A DNA stretch of 64,000 nucleotides from Nitrospirota bacterium (GCA_049325335.1 JBMOMC010000006.1:35673-99672); one strand, 5' to 3'. Shown: positions 45,463-54,706, numbered from the stretch's first letter. Numbers and translations are program-made. Notes: a model not told the origin generated them from the letters alone.

Positions 45463-45882
45463 ATGCGATATAGCGACGAAGAATTAACCGCCATTTTTGA
45501 TCGGGCGTCCGGTTATTGTCATCTCTGTCGAAAAAAGCTCGCATTCAAAAATTACGGCGTCCTGGGAGCAAGAGGCGCTTGGGAAGTTGATCACTCGCGG
45601 CCACGGGTTCGGGGAGGGTGTGACCTAGGAATCAATCTTTACCCAGCCTGCTGTGTATGTAATCGAAGCAAAGGGAGTGTTTCAACACGAACAGTGCGGG
45701 GTTGGAACGGGTACAGCAAGGCGCCTCTGTCGAACACCAGGCGCAAGCTCGAAAAAAGAAATAACGCAATTGTCGGTGGAGTCCTCGGAGGTCTTCTCGG
45801 ATTAGTTGCCGGTCCCTTCGGGGCAGTTGCTGGTGCAGCAATCGGGGCAACACTTGGTCACGAGGCCAATCCCGACAGCTAA
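45463..45882 (+). CDS. HNH endonuclease domain fused to a C-terminal glycine-zipper segment
   Basis: HNH region CHLCRKK...WEVDHSRPRVRGG...NLYPACCVCNRSKG. The C-terminus is GGVLGGLLGLVAGPFGAVAGAAIGATLG (repeated GxxxG). Confidence 0.75.
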   Translation: MRYSDEELTAIFDRASGYCHLCRKKLAFKNYGVLGARGAWEVDHSRPRVRGGCDLGINLYPACCVCNRSKGSVSTRTVRGWNGYSKAPLSNTRRKLEKRNNAIVGGVLGGLLGLVAGPFGAVAGAAIGATLGHEANPDS

Positions 45883-45894
45883 CGGAGGGGGACG

Positions 45895-46200
45895 ATGGCA
45901 AGGCAACCGAATACGAACGTACACGGGCAGCGATTTGATCAAACTGCGATAAATGCAGTTTGGGAGAAGGGGAATATCGTCCCTACGCATGACGTTTCGG
46001 TCTATCGGAAGGACGCCTGCGGAGCGTGGATTCAGAAATCGAGTTATGGGACGACGGGAGAGTATGGGTGGGAAATCGACCACATTCAGCCGGTTTCGAA
46101 AGACGGCGGGGATGCGTTGTCGAATCTTCAGCCGCTTCATTGGAAGAATAACCGGCATAAAGCTGACAATTACCCTAATTGGTCGTGTCTCGTCGGGTGA
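45895..46200 (+). CDS. Small HNH endonuclease
   Basis: CGAW...WEIDHIQPVSKDGGDALSNLQPLHWKNNRHKAD, an HNH core with DH...N...H. Confidence 0.75.
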   Translation: MARQPNTNVHGQRFDQTAINAVWEKGNIVPTHDVSVYRKDACGAWIQKSSYGTTGEYGWEIDHIQPVSKDGGDALSNLQPLHWKNNRHKADNYPNWSCLVG

Positions 46201-46205
46201 CTCCT

Positions 46206-46886
46206 ATGCGACCCTCCAAGCGTGTTTTGGTAAGCCCAATGTTTCGGGGAGCGGCAATCCTCGCCGTCCCCTTACTGGTCGCCTGCGCCTCCGTCCCCAA
46301 GGAGGTGGTGGAACTGTCCTACGTCGTGGGACACGATTTGGATGCTGTCCGCATCTCCTACCGAACGCTGATCCACACGCACTTCGACGACCTTCGCTCC
46401 CGCGCTAACGCCTTTCTTGAGGACCAGTGGGTACCCGCGTTTCTCTCGGACTTTGTCCAGCGTGGTCAGTTGGTCGAGAATGCAAGGGGGAGCGATCCAA
46501 GAGCCGTCTTAGAGGACGTCAGCATTTGGGCCGAGAGCGCAATGGAGGAAATCAACGACAAGCGACGGGTGCTGATCGAGCCCATCGATAGGGATGAGGC
46601 GTCATTGATGTCTTCGGTCGACGAAGCTTTTGATCGCCTGACGCGGGCTAATGCCACTATTACGGCGCACCTTAACAGTCTGCGCAAAGTCCAGGAGGTC
46701 CAAGACGAGGCCTTGAAGTCCCTACGCCTTCAGGACCTTCGTGAAGTGATCGATCAAAGGCTTGTGGCCGCGTCGGATGCAACTCAGAAAGCGATCGAGA
46801 AACTCGCCGAGGAACAGGAAGGTTTCGAGGGAGTGAAATCGCGTATCCAACGATCTCGGGGCACAGCCCCTGGAGGCGAGCAATGA
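46206..46886 (+). CDS. Putative lipoprotein, function unknown
   Basis: The signal with lipobox AVPLLVAC is followed by a helical, charged domain. The start at ATG 46206 is preferred to 46179. Confidence 0.5.
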   Translation: MRPSKRVLVSPMFRGAAILAVPLLVACASVPKEVVELSYVVGHDLDAVRISYRTLIHTHFDDLRSRANAFLEDQWVPAFLSDFVQRGQLVENARGSDPRAVLEDVSIWAESAMEEINDKRRVLIEPIDRDEASLMSSVDEAFDRLTRANATITAHLNSLRKVQEVQDEALKSLRLQDLREVIDQRLVAASDATQKAIEKLAEEQEGFEGVKSRIQRSRGTAPGGEQ

Positions 46887-47179
46887 GCAGCCGTGAGGAA
46901 AAGCGAAAACGAATGAAGGAGTTGGCCCGCGAGTCGGCCCGACGGACTGATGACTTATTAGAAAGTGATCTTGAAGCGCTCAAGAAGGCCACCCAGTCGG
47001 ACCTCGACGCCCTGCGGCCAAAGGTAACGGATTCTGAGACATACGACCGGCTTGTGGAAGCTGTGAACGAGTCCACGCGACGAAATGAGAGCTTGGCGGA
47101 GTTGAAGGCGCGTTTGGAGAAACTTGGCGGCAGCGCTTCACAGCTCGTGAAGGAGGCGGTCAGGCTACTTCGTCCGTAG
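46883..47179 (+). CDS. Small charged coiled-coil protein, function unknown
   Basis: 98-aa ORF with an ATGA overlap to the preceding gene. It is heptad-like and rich in E/K/R. Confidence 0.4.
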   Translation: MSSREEKRKRMKELARESARRTDDLLESDLEALKKATQSDLDALRPKVTDSETYDRLVEAVNESTRRNESLAELKARLEKLGGSASQLVKEAVRLLRP

Positions 47180-47215
47180 CGACAATCCAATCTGCTCTTG
47201 GGACCGTGAGAGGAT

Positions 47216-48790
47216 TCACCGAGGAGTGTCGCCAAGATCGCTATTTTGTGAAGCACGAGGAGACCCGACGGACCCCTTTCCCATCTCCTCCTGCAAATCC
47301 CGATAGATCCGCTGATTGATCCGTTGCCACAAGCCGAGTGGCTGGGCTTCTTTCCGGCGAAAGCGTGGCAACACTTTTGCGTAGTCCCATCCGTGCTCGA
47401 TTTCCGGCTCGACCCACGAGACGCGCGCTCTTCGAGGCTCGCCACGCCAGTTGATCATTGCTTCACCGACCGCCAGTTCGTGCAGCAACGCCTCCGGCCG
47501 CACGCGCTGATCGTACATCTGCCGATGCGTCAGTGATGACGTCCGGGAATCAGTTCGCCGTGGATTGACGTAACGACTGAGGCTGATCACCTGCTCCGCG
47601 TCCGATCGCGATTCTCCCGCCGAGACCTGCGCGAACCACCGTAATTCCTGCCCGAAGAACTCAGACGCCCAGAGCGCCGACTCCAGGCTCTTAAGGCGCA
47701 TAAAGACCTTCGTCTCCGTGTTCCCCATCACGGTCTCCAGAAACCCCGTCGACAGTCCCTTCTCTCGATCCGCGAGTTGCGACGTCAGTTGGAAGGCTGC
47801 CACCACGGCCACATTTGCCTCCCGCGCCTGCTCGAACACCACGGCGAAATCGGGGAGGGCGTACGAGCCGAATTCGTCCAGCACGACCAGGCACGGCATC
47901 AACGGCCGAAAATCCTTCTCGCTGTAGACCGCACCGATCGATGATTGCAGGTCTGTCAGGATCACTTTGCCCAGCTTCTCCGACTTCTTCGTCTCCTGTA
48001 GCCGCGGGAGCGCGGCGTAGATGATCTGGCTCTTCTTGATCGCCTGGTAGAAATCCACGTCGCTCACCGGCCGGCACAGGAAGTCTCCCATAGGCGTGCT
48101 CGAGATCGCGCCCAGTTCCGAGATCAGACCGGAGAGCAGGTCGCTGACTTGTGCCGTGCCCTTGAACTTCCGCACGAACTTTTCCACTTCGATCAGCGAG
48201 TCTGATGCGTTATCGTTATACAGGTCTTGCTTCAAGATCCGGAACGCTTGGTCCGGTGTCTCGAAGATCGCTAGGATGTCTCGGTATGAGAACCCCCGCT
48301 TGAGATGGTGGAGCGCTCGTACCATCTTGAGAATTGCCGTGTAGGCGAGATTGGAGTAGTACGAGGCGGGGTGGCCTTCGGGGACCGAGGGCAGGAGGCG
48401 GTGGATCTTGTTGGCGATGATCCCTGCTTCGCGCTCGGCGTCGCGCGCCATCAGCGGGTTGTAGGCGTGGGAGAGTGTTGGATCCTGGGGATCGATCACC
48501 CGCAGGTCGCTTGCGCGGCCGCAGGCCTGGGCGAGCCAGGCCACCTTCGCGAAGCCGCTGTAGCGGCGCTTGCCGTCCATGAAGATTACGGCCCCGCCGC
48601 GGCGCATCTGCTGGTAGATCAGCGAGAGCAGGAAGCTCGTCTTGCCCGCGCCCGAGGAGCCGACGACCGCCATGTGCTGGGTGAGCAGGCGGTCGGGCAG
48701 CACCAGCTCCTCGCCGGTCTCGGCGTCGTAGCCGAGTGTCAGGCCCGGTCTGGGCCCGACAAAAGACGTCGCTTCAGTCCGCATCTCCAT
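47216..48790 (-). CDS. Type IV coupling protein-like ATPase (TraD/VirD4 family) lacking N-terminal TM helices
   Basis: Walker A VVGSSGAGKTS, Walker B LVVLDEFGSY, and a TraD/TrwB-like arrangement. No hydrophobic N-terminus. Confidence 0.7.
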   Translation of the reverse strand: MEMRTEATSFVGPRPGLTLGYDAETGEELVLPDRLLTQHMAVVGSSGAGKTSFLLSLIYQQMRRGGAVIFMDGKRRYSGFAKVAWLAQACGRASDLRVIDPQDPTLSHAYNPLMARDAEREAGIIANKIHRLLPSVPEGHPASYYSNLAYTAILKMVRALHHLKRGFSYRDILAIFETPDQAFRILKQDLYNDNASDSLIEVEKFVRKFKGTAQVSDLLSGLISELGAISSTPMGDFLCRPVSDVDFYQAIKKSQIIYAALPRLQETKKSEKLGKVILTDLQSSIGAVYSEKDFRPLMPCLVVLDEFGSYALPDFAVVFEQAREANVAVVAAFQLTSQLADREKGLSTGFLETVMGNTETKVFMRLKSLESALWASEFFGQELRWFAQVSAGESRSDAEQVISLSRYVNPRRTDSRTSSLTHRQMYDQRVRPEALLHELAVGEAMINWRGEPRRARVSWVEPEIEHGWDYAKVLPRFRRKEAQPLGLWQRINQRIYRDLQEEMGKGSVGSPRASQNSDLGDTPR

Positions 48791-49046
48791 TTTGGTCTAC
48801 AACGATCCTACTCCTGAGTTTGGCGACTCCTCTGAAGATCAGCAGCGCAGCGGCTGTTTCGTCGACCAGCACGAGTGCGATGACCCACCAAGGATCCACC
48901 CAGCCGGGGATCGGCACGACGGCGCGAAAGGGAAGAAAGAACACGGTGTGTATCAGAAACAGTGCCCCACCGCCCAGAAGCCAAGGCCAACGACGGCGTT
49001 TCTGTATACGCGGAGGGGATTCCACTGACCGCGTCTCTTCACGCAC
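48774..49046 (-). CDS. Small two-TM membrane protein, possibly the membrane anchor of the coupling ATPase
   Basis: 90 aa with two hydrophobic helices (WLLGGGALFLIHTVFFL; WWVIALVLVDETAAALLIF). It overlaps both flanking genes, by 8 nt and 17 nt, which suggests coupling. Confidence 0.45.
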   Translation of the reverse strand: MREETRSVESPPRIQKRRRWPWLLGGGALFLIHTVFFLPFRAVVPIPGWVDPWWVIALVLVDETAAALLIFRGVAKLRSRIVVDQNGDAD

Positions 49047-50565
49047 GCCGCGCTCCGCTCAACTTCACCTCGTACGGCTGGCAGCGCGTCCAGGACCGGA
49101 CCGCGTCTGGGGCGAGTGCTTCCAACGCGGGCAGGGACAGGGCGGCCACGCATTTGTACGTCACACCGCTCGCGTTGATATTGAACAGCGCCGACGGATT
49201 GGCCTTCCGGCCTTGCGTGGCCTCTGCCAGGACGCCGTGCTCGCGTAGCACGTCGACCAGGAGCGGCCAAGCGGGATGGAGTTTGCCGAGCGGTCGCTGG
49301 ATCGGGAGCTTTTCTTTGAGTTGCGGCGGCAGACGGTCGAGTGTCTTCTCGCGCAGCGCGTGTTCGAGTACGAAGACGGTCTCTTCCGCCGTGAACCCAT
49401 CGGGATACCCGCCGCGGTGCCGGTTGATATTGAGATCAGCCACCGCCGCGCAGAACGCCTCCCACAGATAGGGCTTGACCCCCTCGACCTGTTGTCGGCT
49501 CTGAGACGTTTCCTGCTCGTGCGCGATCGCGTCGGCCTTGTGCATCAGCTCGAACAGGACCGAGGTGAGCGGCGGGGCCGATGTCGGGATCTCTTCGGGG
49601 TTGTGGTAGTAGCGCACGGCGCACAGCAGCGCCTCGCGGTGAGCCGGGCTGCTCTCGGTATAGAGCGCCGGCAGGCTGGAGAGGATCAAGGCCGAGATTC
49701 GATCGTGGGGCAAGCGCCGATCGATCCAGCCGCCGTCTGATCTCTCGTAGGCCAGCAGTTTCCCCAGGTCGTGGGAGAGCGCCATCAGCAGGCACAGCCG
49801 ACGCTCGTCATCGGGGCGACCCTGTGCGAGGGTGGCCATGATGTCGATCGTCCTCGCCGTGTGCTCGATCAGTCCGCCTGGCACGTTGAGGTGGTCGGCC
49901 AGTGAAGCCGGCTGTTCCGGCGATGCAGCGAAGCACGCGAGAATCTGCTCGGTTCCCGGCGAGAGGAAGCCCAGCTTCTCGGCCTGGGCAGACAGCGGCG
50001 TGGATCTGGCGTTCGCCTGCGGCACGCGCAAGTCCAGCGGCTGATCCGGAGTGACGATCATCCGCGACGTGTGAGGCAAGTCGTCCGCCGAAGGTCGGCG
50101 GCGAACGGTTCGTGTTATCACCAGCGCCGCTACGACTCCGAGCACCCCGTTCAGCGCACCCAAACCGAGTGCGGTGTCCCGCATGACGATCCACCGCAAA
50201 CCGTTTTCGGCCGTCCAGAGATTCCAGGTCGATCGAGCCCCGCCGAGTACTGTGTGAAGTCCGTCTCCATTGGTCCCGTGACGGACCGTGATCGCTCCCT
50301 CCAGCGCGGTCTGGTAGGCGCTCCAGGCTCCGGAGGCGTTTTCCCGCGACATGATCCCTGCGATTGCTGCACCCGCATGCATCGGGAACCACCGTGTGCC
50401 GCGCCACAGCACCTCCGCTCTCTGAGCACTTTCTTCGACCTGGGATCGAACGACATCGCCAAACGACGCGTGTGCCGACACCGGCGCAATCACGAGTGTC
50501 ATCGCGAGGGTCACAGGAGCGAGTCCGGGAGCGAGGCGAACCAACCTTGAGGACGTTTCCACCAT
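49039..50565 (-). CDS. HD-domain protein resembling MobH-family (TraI_2 / PFGI-1-class) conjugative relaxases, with an N-terminal signal/TM region
   Basis: HD motif LLMALSHDLGK...LPHDRIS, and a C-terminal region like the TraI_2 C-domain. It lies upstream of the coupling ATPase and divergent from the T4SS genes. The N-terminal hydrophobic segments are unusual for a relaxase. Confidence 0.5.
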   Translation of the reverse strand: MVETSSRLVRLAPGLAPVTLAMTLVIAPVSAHASFGDVVRSQVEESAQRAEVLWRGTRWFPMHAGAAIAGIMSRENASGAWSAYQTALEGAITVRHGTNGDGLHTVLGGARSTWNLWTAENGLRWIVMRDTALGLGALNGVLGVVAALVITRTVRRRPSADDLPHTSRMIVTPDQPLDLRVPQANARSTPLSAQAEKLGFLSPGTEQILACFAASPEQPASLADHLNVPGGLIEHTARTIDIMATLAQGRPDDERRLCLLMALSHDLGKLLAYERSDGGWIDRRLPHDRISALILSSLPALYTESSPAHREALLCAVRYYHNPEEIPTSAPPLTSVLFELMHKADAIAHEQETSQSRQQVEGVKPYLWEAFCAAVADLNINRHRGGYPDGFTAEETVFVLEHALREKTLDRLPPQLKEKLPIQRPLGKLHPAWPLLVDVLREHGVLAEATQGRKANPSALFNINASGVTYKCVAALSLPALEALAPDAVRSWTRCQPYEVKLSGARRA

Positions 50566-50760
50566 CAGATCCGCTGTAGTTCCGAAGAATCAACGGGGTC
50601 TCCCCACGATACCTGCCCCATCCAAGTTCTCCTGCTCTGAATCGCGCCAAAAGACGCCCTACGCCGTCCGGTTTGCGACATCAGCCGGTCACGCGTGGTT
50701 GCTACAGTCGCGCTCACACAACGGGGCGCTGCCCCGACAACCAAGGGAGGAGGGAGAGGA

Positions 50761-51063
50761 ATGGGAGAGACACGTGGGGTGGGGCAGGTCGTAGTGTTGG
50801 CGCTGTTGGTGCTGGCCGTACTCGCGCCGACCGTGGCGCTCGCAGGCACGGCGGACACCGAGTTCCAACCGCTGTACCAGAAGTTCATCGACTGGGTGAG
50901 CGGGTATCTGGGCAAGACGCTCGCCGTGGCCGCGCTGATCGGGGGGTTGTTCATCGGCATTGTCCGCCAGAGCCCGCTGGCCGCCGTGGCCGGGGTGGCC
51001 ACGGCAATCTTCGCAGCCTACGGTCCCACCGTCATCGAAGGCCTGGTCGGCGCCACGTTCTAA
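50761..51063 (+). CDS. Putative conjugative pilin (TraA-like)
   Basis: GGAGGGAGAGGA precedes ATG 50761. It has a long leader ending VALA/GTAD, two hydrophobic helices, is about 100 aa, and is the first gene of the traL-E-K-B block. Confidence 0.5.
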   Translation: MGETRGVGQVVVLALLVLAVLAPTVALAGTADTEFQPLYQKFIDWVSGYLGKTLAVAALIGGLFIGIVRQSPLAAVAGVATAIFAAYGPTVIEGLVGATF

Positions 51064-51218
51064 GCCCGTCCATGAACGGCCACCTGCTGCGTTGCCGCTG
51101 CGCTTCCGGTCCTCACGTACGCATTCAGTACGCTCCGGTCCGGTGCTCGCGGCGCCTTGCATCTGGCGCGCTCCTGAACGGGCTCAATCACCGAATACAG
51201 GACAGGTAGCAGACGATT

Positions 51219-51485
51219 ATGGAAAGTCGAATTCCAAGGCATATCGATGATCCGCCGCAATTTCTGTGGTGGGAGCTGGACGAGCTGATGTTCGTCGTCG
51301 CTGGTTTTGGCCTCGGCATCTTTCTCGACTATCCCACCATCGGCGGTGTGCTCGGGATCGTTCTGGCCAGATTGGCCGGGAAGCAGAAATCGGGAAGGGC
51401 CGATGGCTATCTCTGGCACGCCTTGTACTGGGTCGGCGTCGTGGCGGGCCGACCGTCGGGACACATTCGGGAGATGGTGGAGTGA
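51219..51485 (+). CDS. traL: Type-F conjugative transfer protein TraL
   Basis: IPRHIDDPPQFLWWELDELMFVV followed by a TM segment is the TraL signature. Gene order supports the call. Confidence 0.75.
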   Translation: MESRIPRHIDDPPQFLWWELDELMFVVAGFGLGIFLDYPTIGGVLGIVLARLAGKQKSGRADGYLWHALYWVGVVAGRPSGHIREMVE

Positions 51486-52057
51486 GGATCGAGCGGTATC
51501 TCGCGGGACAGCGGGAGCACGGCCTGCTCAAGCTCGCGGTCCTGGCGCTGGTCCTGGGGCTGCTCGCCGAGGGCGTGCTGGTGCTCCTGATGGCGAGATC
51601 ACAGCGCATCGTGCTCGTCCCGCCCGTGCTCTCGGAGCAACGCGAGATCTGGGTGAGCGACGAGGCCGCGAGCGCCGCGTACTTGGAGGATCAGACGCGG
51701 TTTCTGCTGCCGTTGCTGGCCGACGTACACCCCCGCAACCTGGACGCGCAGTTTGCCCTCTTTCTGCGGTACGTGGCGCCCGAGTCGTACGGCGCGGTCA
51801 AGGCGCAGTTGCTCGCCCAGGCCGAGCGCGCGCGGCGCAACGACCTCGCGCAAGTCTTCTACATCCAGGATTTCGACGTGAAAGACCAGACCGTCCGAGC
51901 GACCGGCCTCTTGCGGCGTTTCGTCGGCAAGACATCCACATCGGAGGAGGTGGCGACCTATGAAGTGCGTTACGAGATGCGGCGTGGCCGCCCTGTGGTG
52001 GTGGGCGTTGCTGTCGGCGCCCCAGGCGTGGGCGCTCCAGAGCGTGTCGGGCCATGA
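51482..52057 (+). CDS. traE: Type-F conjugative transfer protein TraE
   Basis: The GTG start overlaps the traL stop (GTGA). It has an N-terminal TM segment (LLKLAVLALVLGLLAEGVLVLLM) and the size and position of TraE. Confidence 0.65.
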   Translation: MRIERYLAGQREHGLLKLAVLALVLGLLAEGVLVLLMARSQRIVLVPPVLSEQREIWVSDEAASAAYLEDQTRFLLPLLADVHPRNLDAQFALFLRYVAPESYGAVKAQLLAQAERARRNDLAQVFYIQDFDVKDQTVRATGLLRRFVGKTSTSEEVATYEVRYEMRRGRPVVVGVAVGAPGVGAPERVGP

Positions 52058-52646
52058 CGCGGCGGTGGTGAAGGTCAGCAATCGGGACCTCAATCGCATC
52101 GCGCTGCCGTCCAAGGTCCTCAAGGCCTACACGACCAAGCCCATCGACGTGAAGGTCGAGGGCCGCGACGTGTACGTGAAGGTGCCCGCGACCGTCACCG
52201 GGCCGATCGAGCTGTACCTGCTCACCGAAGAGGACACCTACACGCTCATGCTGGTCCCGGTTCCCGCCCCGGCCGAGACCGTGGTGATCAAGGCCGGACC
52301 TGACACCGGGCCCAGCCTAGAGGGCGAGACTTACGTGCGGCAGATCAAGGCCCTGCTGCGAGCGATCGCGTCGGGCGTGGTTCCGAAGGGCTATGACGGG
52401 AGCACGATCGCAGAGGGTAAGGAGGCTTGCACGGTCTCGCAGTGTTCCCTCACTTCGGTGCGACGTTACGTGGGCGCGCGCCTCTCCGTCACCGAATACC
52501 GACTCACCAACCCCGGAACGGAGCCGCGCACGTATGGAGAGGCGTCATTCGACCGGCCGGGCACGCGGGCGGTAGCCATCGAGCGCCAGCCGCTCGAAGC
52601 AGGCGGGGCGACGCGGCTGTTCCGGGTCGAGGAGGTCGGGCCGTGA
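51960..52646 (+). CDS. traK: Type-F conjugative transfer protein TraK (secretin-like)
   Basis: Signal peptide MKCVTRCGVAALWWWALLSAPQAWA, then VVKVSNRDLNRIALPS typical of TraK. It overlaps the traE 3' end by 98 nt. Confidence 0.7.
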   Translation: MKCVTRCGVAALWWWALLSAPQAWALQSVSGHDAAVVKVSNRDLNRIALPSKVLKAYTTKPIDVKVEGRDVYVKVPATVTGPIELYLLTEEDTYTLMLVPVPAPAETVVIKAGPDTGPSLEGETYVRQIKALLRAIASGVVPKGYDGSTIAEGKEACTVSQCSLTSVRRYVGARLSVTEYRLTNPGTEPRTYGEASFDRPGTRAVAIERQPLEAGGATRLFRVEEVGP

Positions 52647-53827
52647 CGCTGCAGGAACGCGTCCGCGCGCTCGGTCGCAAGCCCCTGGTCGTGATGGGCG
52701 TCATCGCGGTCGCGATCCTGATTGTGGTTGTGCTGATCATCGGACCCGGCACTCCGCCCAGGCCAACTCCATCCAAGAAGCCGGTGGAAGTCAACGTCCT
52801 TGGCAGCGCGGACCTGGAGAAAGAGCACTGGCGCGCGACCGCCGAGAAGGATCTCGAAGCGATCAAGATCCAGCAACGCGCGATCGAGGAACAGCTCAAG
52901 GCGCTCGCCGAGAAGGGATCGGACCGGTCTTCACGAATGACGCCGTCCCCGACGACCGAATCGGTTCGGCGCGACCCGTTCGAGCCGAGGATCAAACCGG
53001 CGCCGATCCAGTCTCCGCCCCCGGTGGCCACGGCGATGCCGATACGACCTGAGATGGCCCCGATGCCCGCGCCGTTTCCCGCCCCCGAGCCGATCCGCAT
53101 CTTCGGGCCGGAGTCCGGGGTCGGATCGGCGCTCACGGCGCCCCCCTCGAGACCGGTGGAAGCTGCGCACGCCACCGGGACGGGCGAGGAGTCGGCGTAC
53201 CTGCCATCCGGCAGCTTTGTCCAAGGCATCCTGCTGTCCGGGCTCGACGCGCCAGCGGGCGTCACGGCCTCCAAGGAGCCGCACCCGGTGTTGATCAAGC
53301 TCTCGGACCTCGCCGTGTTGCCCAACCGCGCGCGTCTGGACATCAAGGACTGCTTCATCGTGGGCGAGGGGTACGGAGACCTCTCCTCCGAGCGCGCCTA
53401 CGTCAGGACAACCACGCTCTCGTGCGTGAAGGCGAACGGCCGGAGCCTGGATACGCCGCTCAAGGGGTTCGTCGCGGGCGAGGACGGCAAGGTCGGGCTC
53501 CGCGGCCGCGTGGTATCAAAGCAGGGGCAGTTCCTGGCCAAGGCGCTGGTCGCCGGGTTCGCCGAGGGACTGTCGGACGTCTTCAGGCTCTCGGCCACGA
53601 CCGTGAGCGTCTCGCCGCTGGGGTCCACCCAGTCGATCGACCCCGAGCGCGCCCTGGAGGCGGGCGCGCTCTCCGGCACGGGCAGGGCCCTCGACCGTTT
53701 GGCGCAGCACTACATCAACATGGCGGAGCGGCTGTTCCCCGTGATCGAGATCGACGCGGGCCGCAAGGCCGAGGTGGTCGTCCTGCAAGGGCGTCCGCTC
53801 GAATCCATGGAGGCCAAGACCCGATGA
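52643..53827 (+). CDS. traB: Type-F conjugative transfer protein TraB
   Basis: GTGA overlap with the traK stop. It has an N-terminal TM, a Pro-rich linker and a conserved C-domain LPSGSFVQGILLSGLDAP...LPNRARLDIKDCFIVGEGYGDLSSERAYVRTTTLSCV. Confidence 0.8.
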   Translation: MTLQERVRALGRKPLVVMGVIAVAILIVVVLIIGPGTPPRPTPSKKPVEVNVLGSADLEKEHWRATAEKDLEAIKIQQRAIEEQLKALAEKGSDRSSRMTPSPTTESVRRDPFEPRIKPAPIQSPPPVATAMPIRPEMAPMPAPFPAPEPIRIFGPESGVGSALTAPPSRPVEAAHATGTGEESAYLPSGSFVQGILLSGLDAPAGVTASKEPHPVLIKLSDLAVLPNRARLDIKDCFIVGEGYGDLSSERAYVRTTTLSCVKANGRSLDTPLKGFVAGEDGKVGLRGRVVSKQGQFLAKALVAGFAEGLSDVFRLSATTVSVSPLGSTQSIDPERALEAGALSGTGRALDRLAQHYINMAERLFPVIEIDAGRKAEVVVLQGRPLESMEAKTR

Positions 53828-54546
53828 AGATCGTCCAGCACGTGTTCGCACTCGTGGTGTTCACCGCGGCGGCCACACCGGCCCTCGCAGCGGAGGAGAT
53901 TCCGGCCGCGGTGCGCCAGGCGCTGCCACAGGTCGACATCGAGCGCGTCGAGGCGCGCGAGCTGGCCTCGCCACTCTACACCGTGGTGACGGCACAAGGC
54001 GTCTTCTATCTGGATGGCAGCGGCCGCTATCTCTTCACCGGCGACCTGTACGACCTGAAGACCCAAGAGAATCTGACCCAGGCCACGCTCTCGGCGCGGC
54101 GTCGCATCACCTTCAACGATCTGCCGCTTGGAGACGCGATTCTCTACAAGAAGGGGCCGCGCCGCCTGGCGATCTTCGTGGATCCTGACTGCCCGTACTG
54201 CCGCAAGCTGCATCAAGAGCTGGGACAGCTCGACGCCACCGTATACGTCTTCCTGTATCCCCTCGCCGAACTGCATCCCCTGGCCTATCGCAAGTCCGTG
54301 TCGATCTGGTGCAGCGAGAACCGGATCGTTGCGCTCGATGCCGCGCTGGGCGGACAGGTGATCCCCGCGCGCGATTGCGAACATCCGATTGACCGTACCG
54401 TCAGCCTGGGGACGCGGCTTGGGGTCCGGGCCACGCCGACCATCGTGCTCGATGACGGGCGTTGGATTGAGGGCTACCGCTCCGCCGCCGAGCTGGCCCG
54501 GCTGCTGGGCACGGCGTCTTCAGGAGTTCCCAACACCAATCGCTGA
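53824..54546 (+). CDS. DsbC/TrbB-like thiol:disulfide interchange protein
   Basis: ATGA overlap with traB. It has a signal peptide and the thioredoxin-fold motif DPDCPYCRKLH. Confidence 0.8.
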   Translation: MKIVQHVFALVVFTAAATPALAAEEIPAAVRQALPQVDIERVEARELASPLYTVVTAQGVFYLDGSGRYLFTGDLYDLKTQENLTQATLSARRRITFNDLPLGDAILYKKGPRRLAIFVDPDCPYCRKLHQELGQLDATVYVFLYPLAELHPLAYRKSVSIWCSENRIVALDAALGGQVIPARDCEHPIDRTVSLGTRLGVRATPTIVLDDGRWIEGYRSAAELARLLGTASSGVPNTNR

Positions 54547-54583
54547 GGGATTCATCCACCATCTACCAAGGAGCTGTGACGCG

Positions 54584-54706
54584 ATGACCCACGATCTGTT
54601 GTATTTCGTCTTACTCCTGCTGCCTATCGCGGGACCGACCTGGTACCTGCACGTCGAAGCCAGGCAAGAGGCCGCTCGCCTTGCAAGGGAGGAACGATCG
54701 TCATGA
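54584..54706 (+). CDS. Possible 40-aa single-TM protein
   Basis: AAGGAG lies 10 nt upstream. The product is MTHDLLYFVLLLLPIAGPTWYL..., and its stop overlaps the traV start. It is short, so confidence is low. Confidence 0.3.
   Translation: MTHDLLYFVLLLLPIAGPTWYLHVEARQEAARLAREERSS

Noticed and set aside
50566-50760. oriT in the relaxase / pilin divergent intergenic region.
   Set aside because: The location is plausible, but I found only short 5-bp inverted repeats (e.g. GGGGC GCT GCCCC) and no recognisable nic consensus. That is insufficient to annotate it as a feature.
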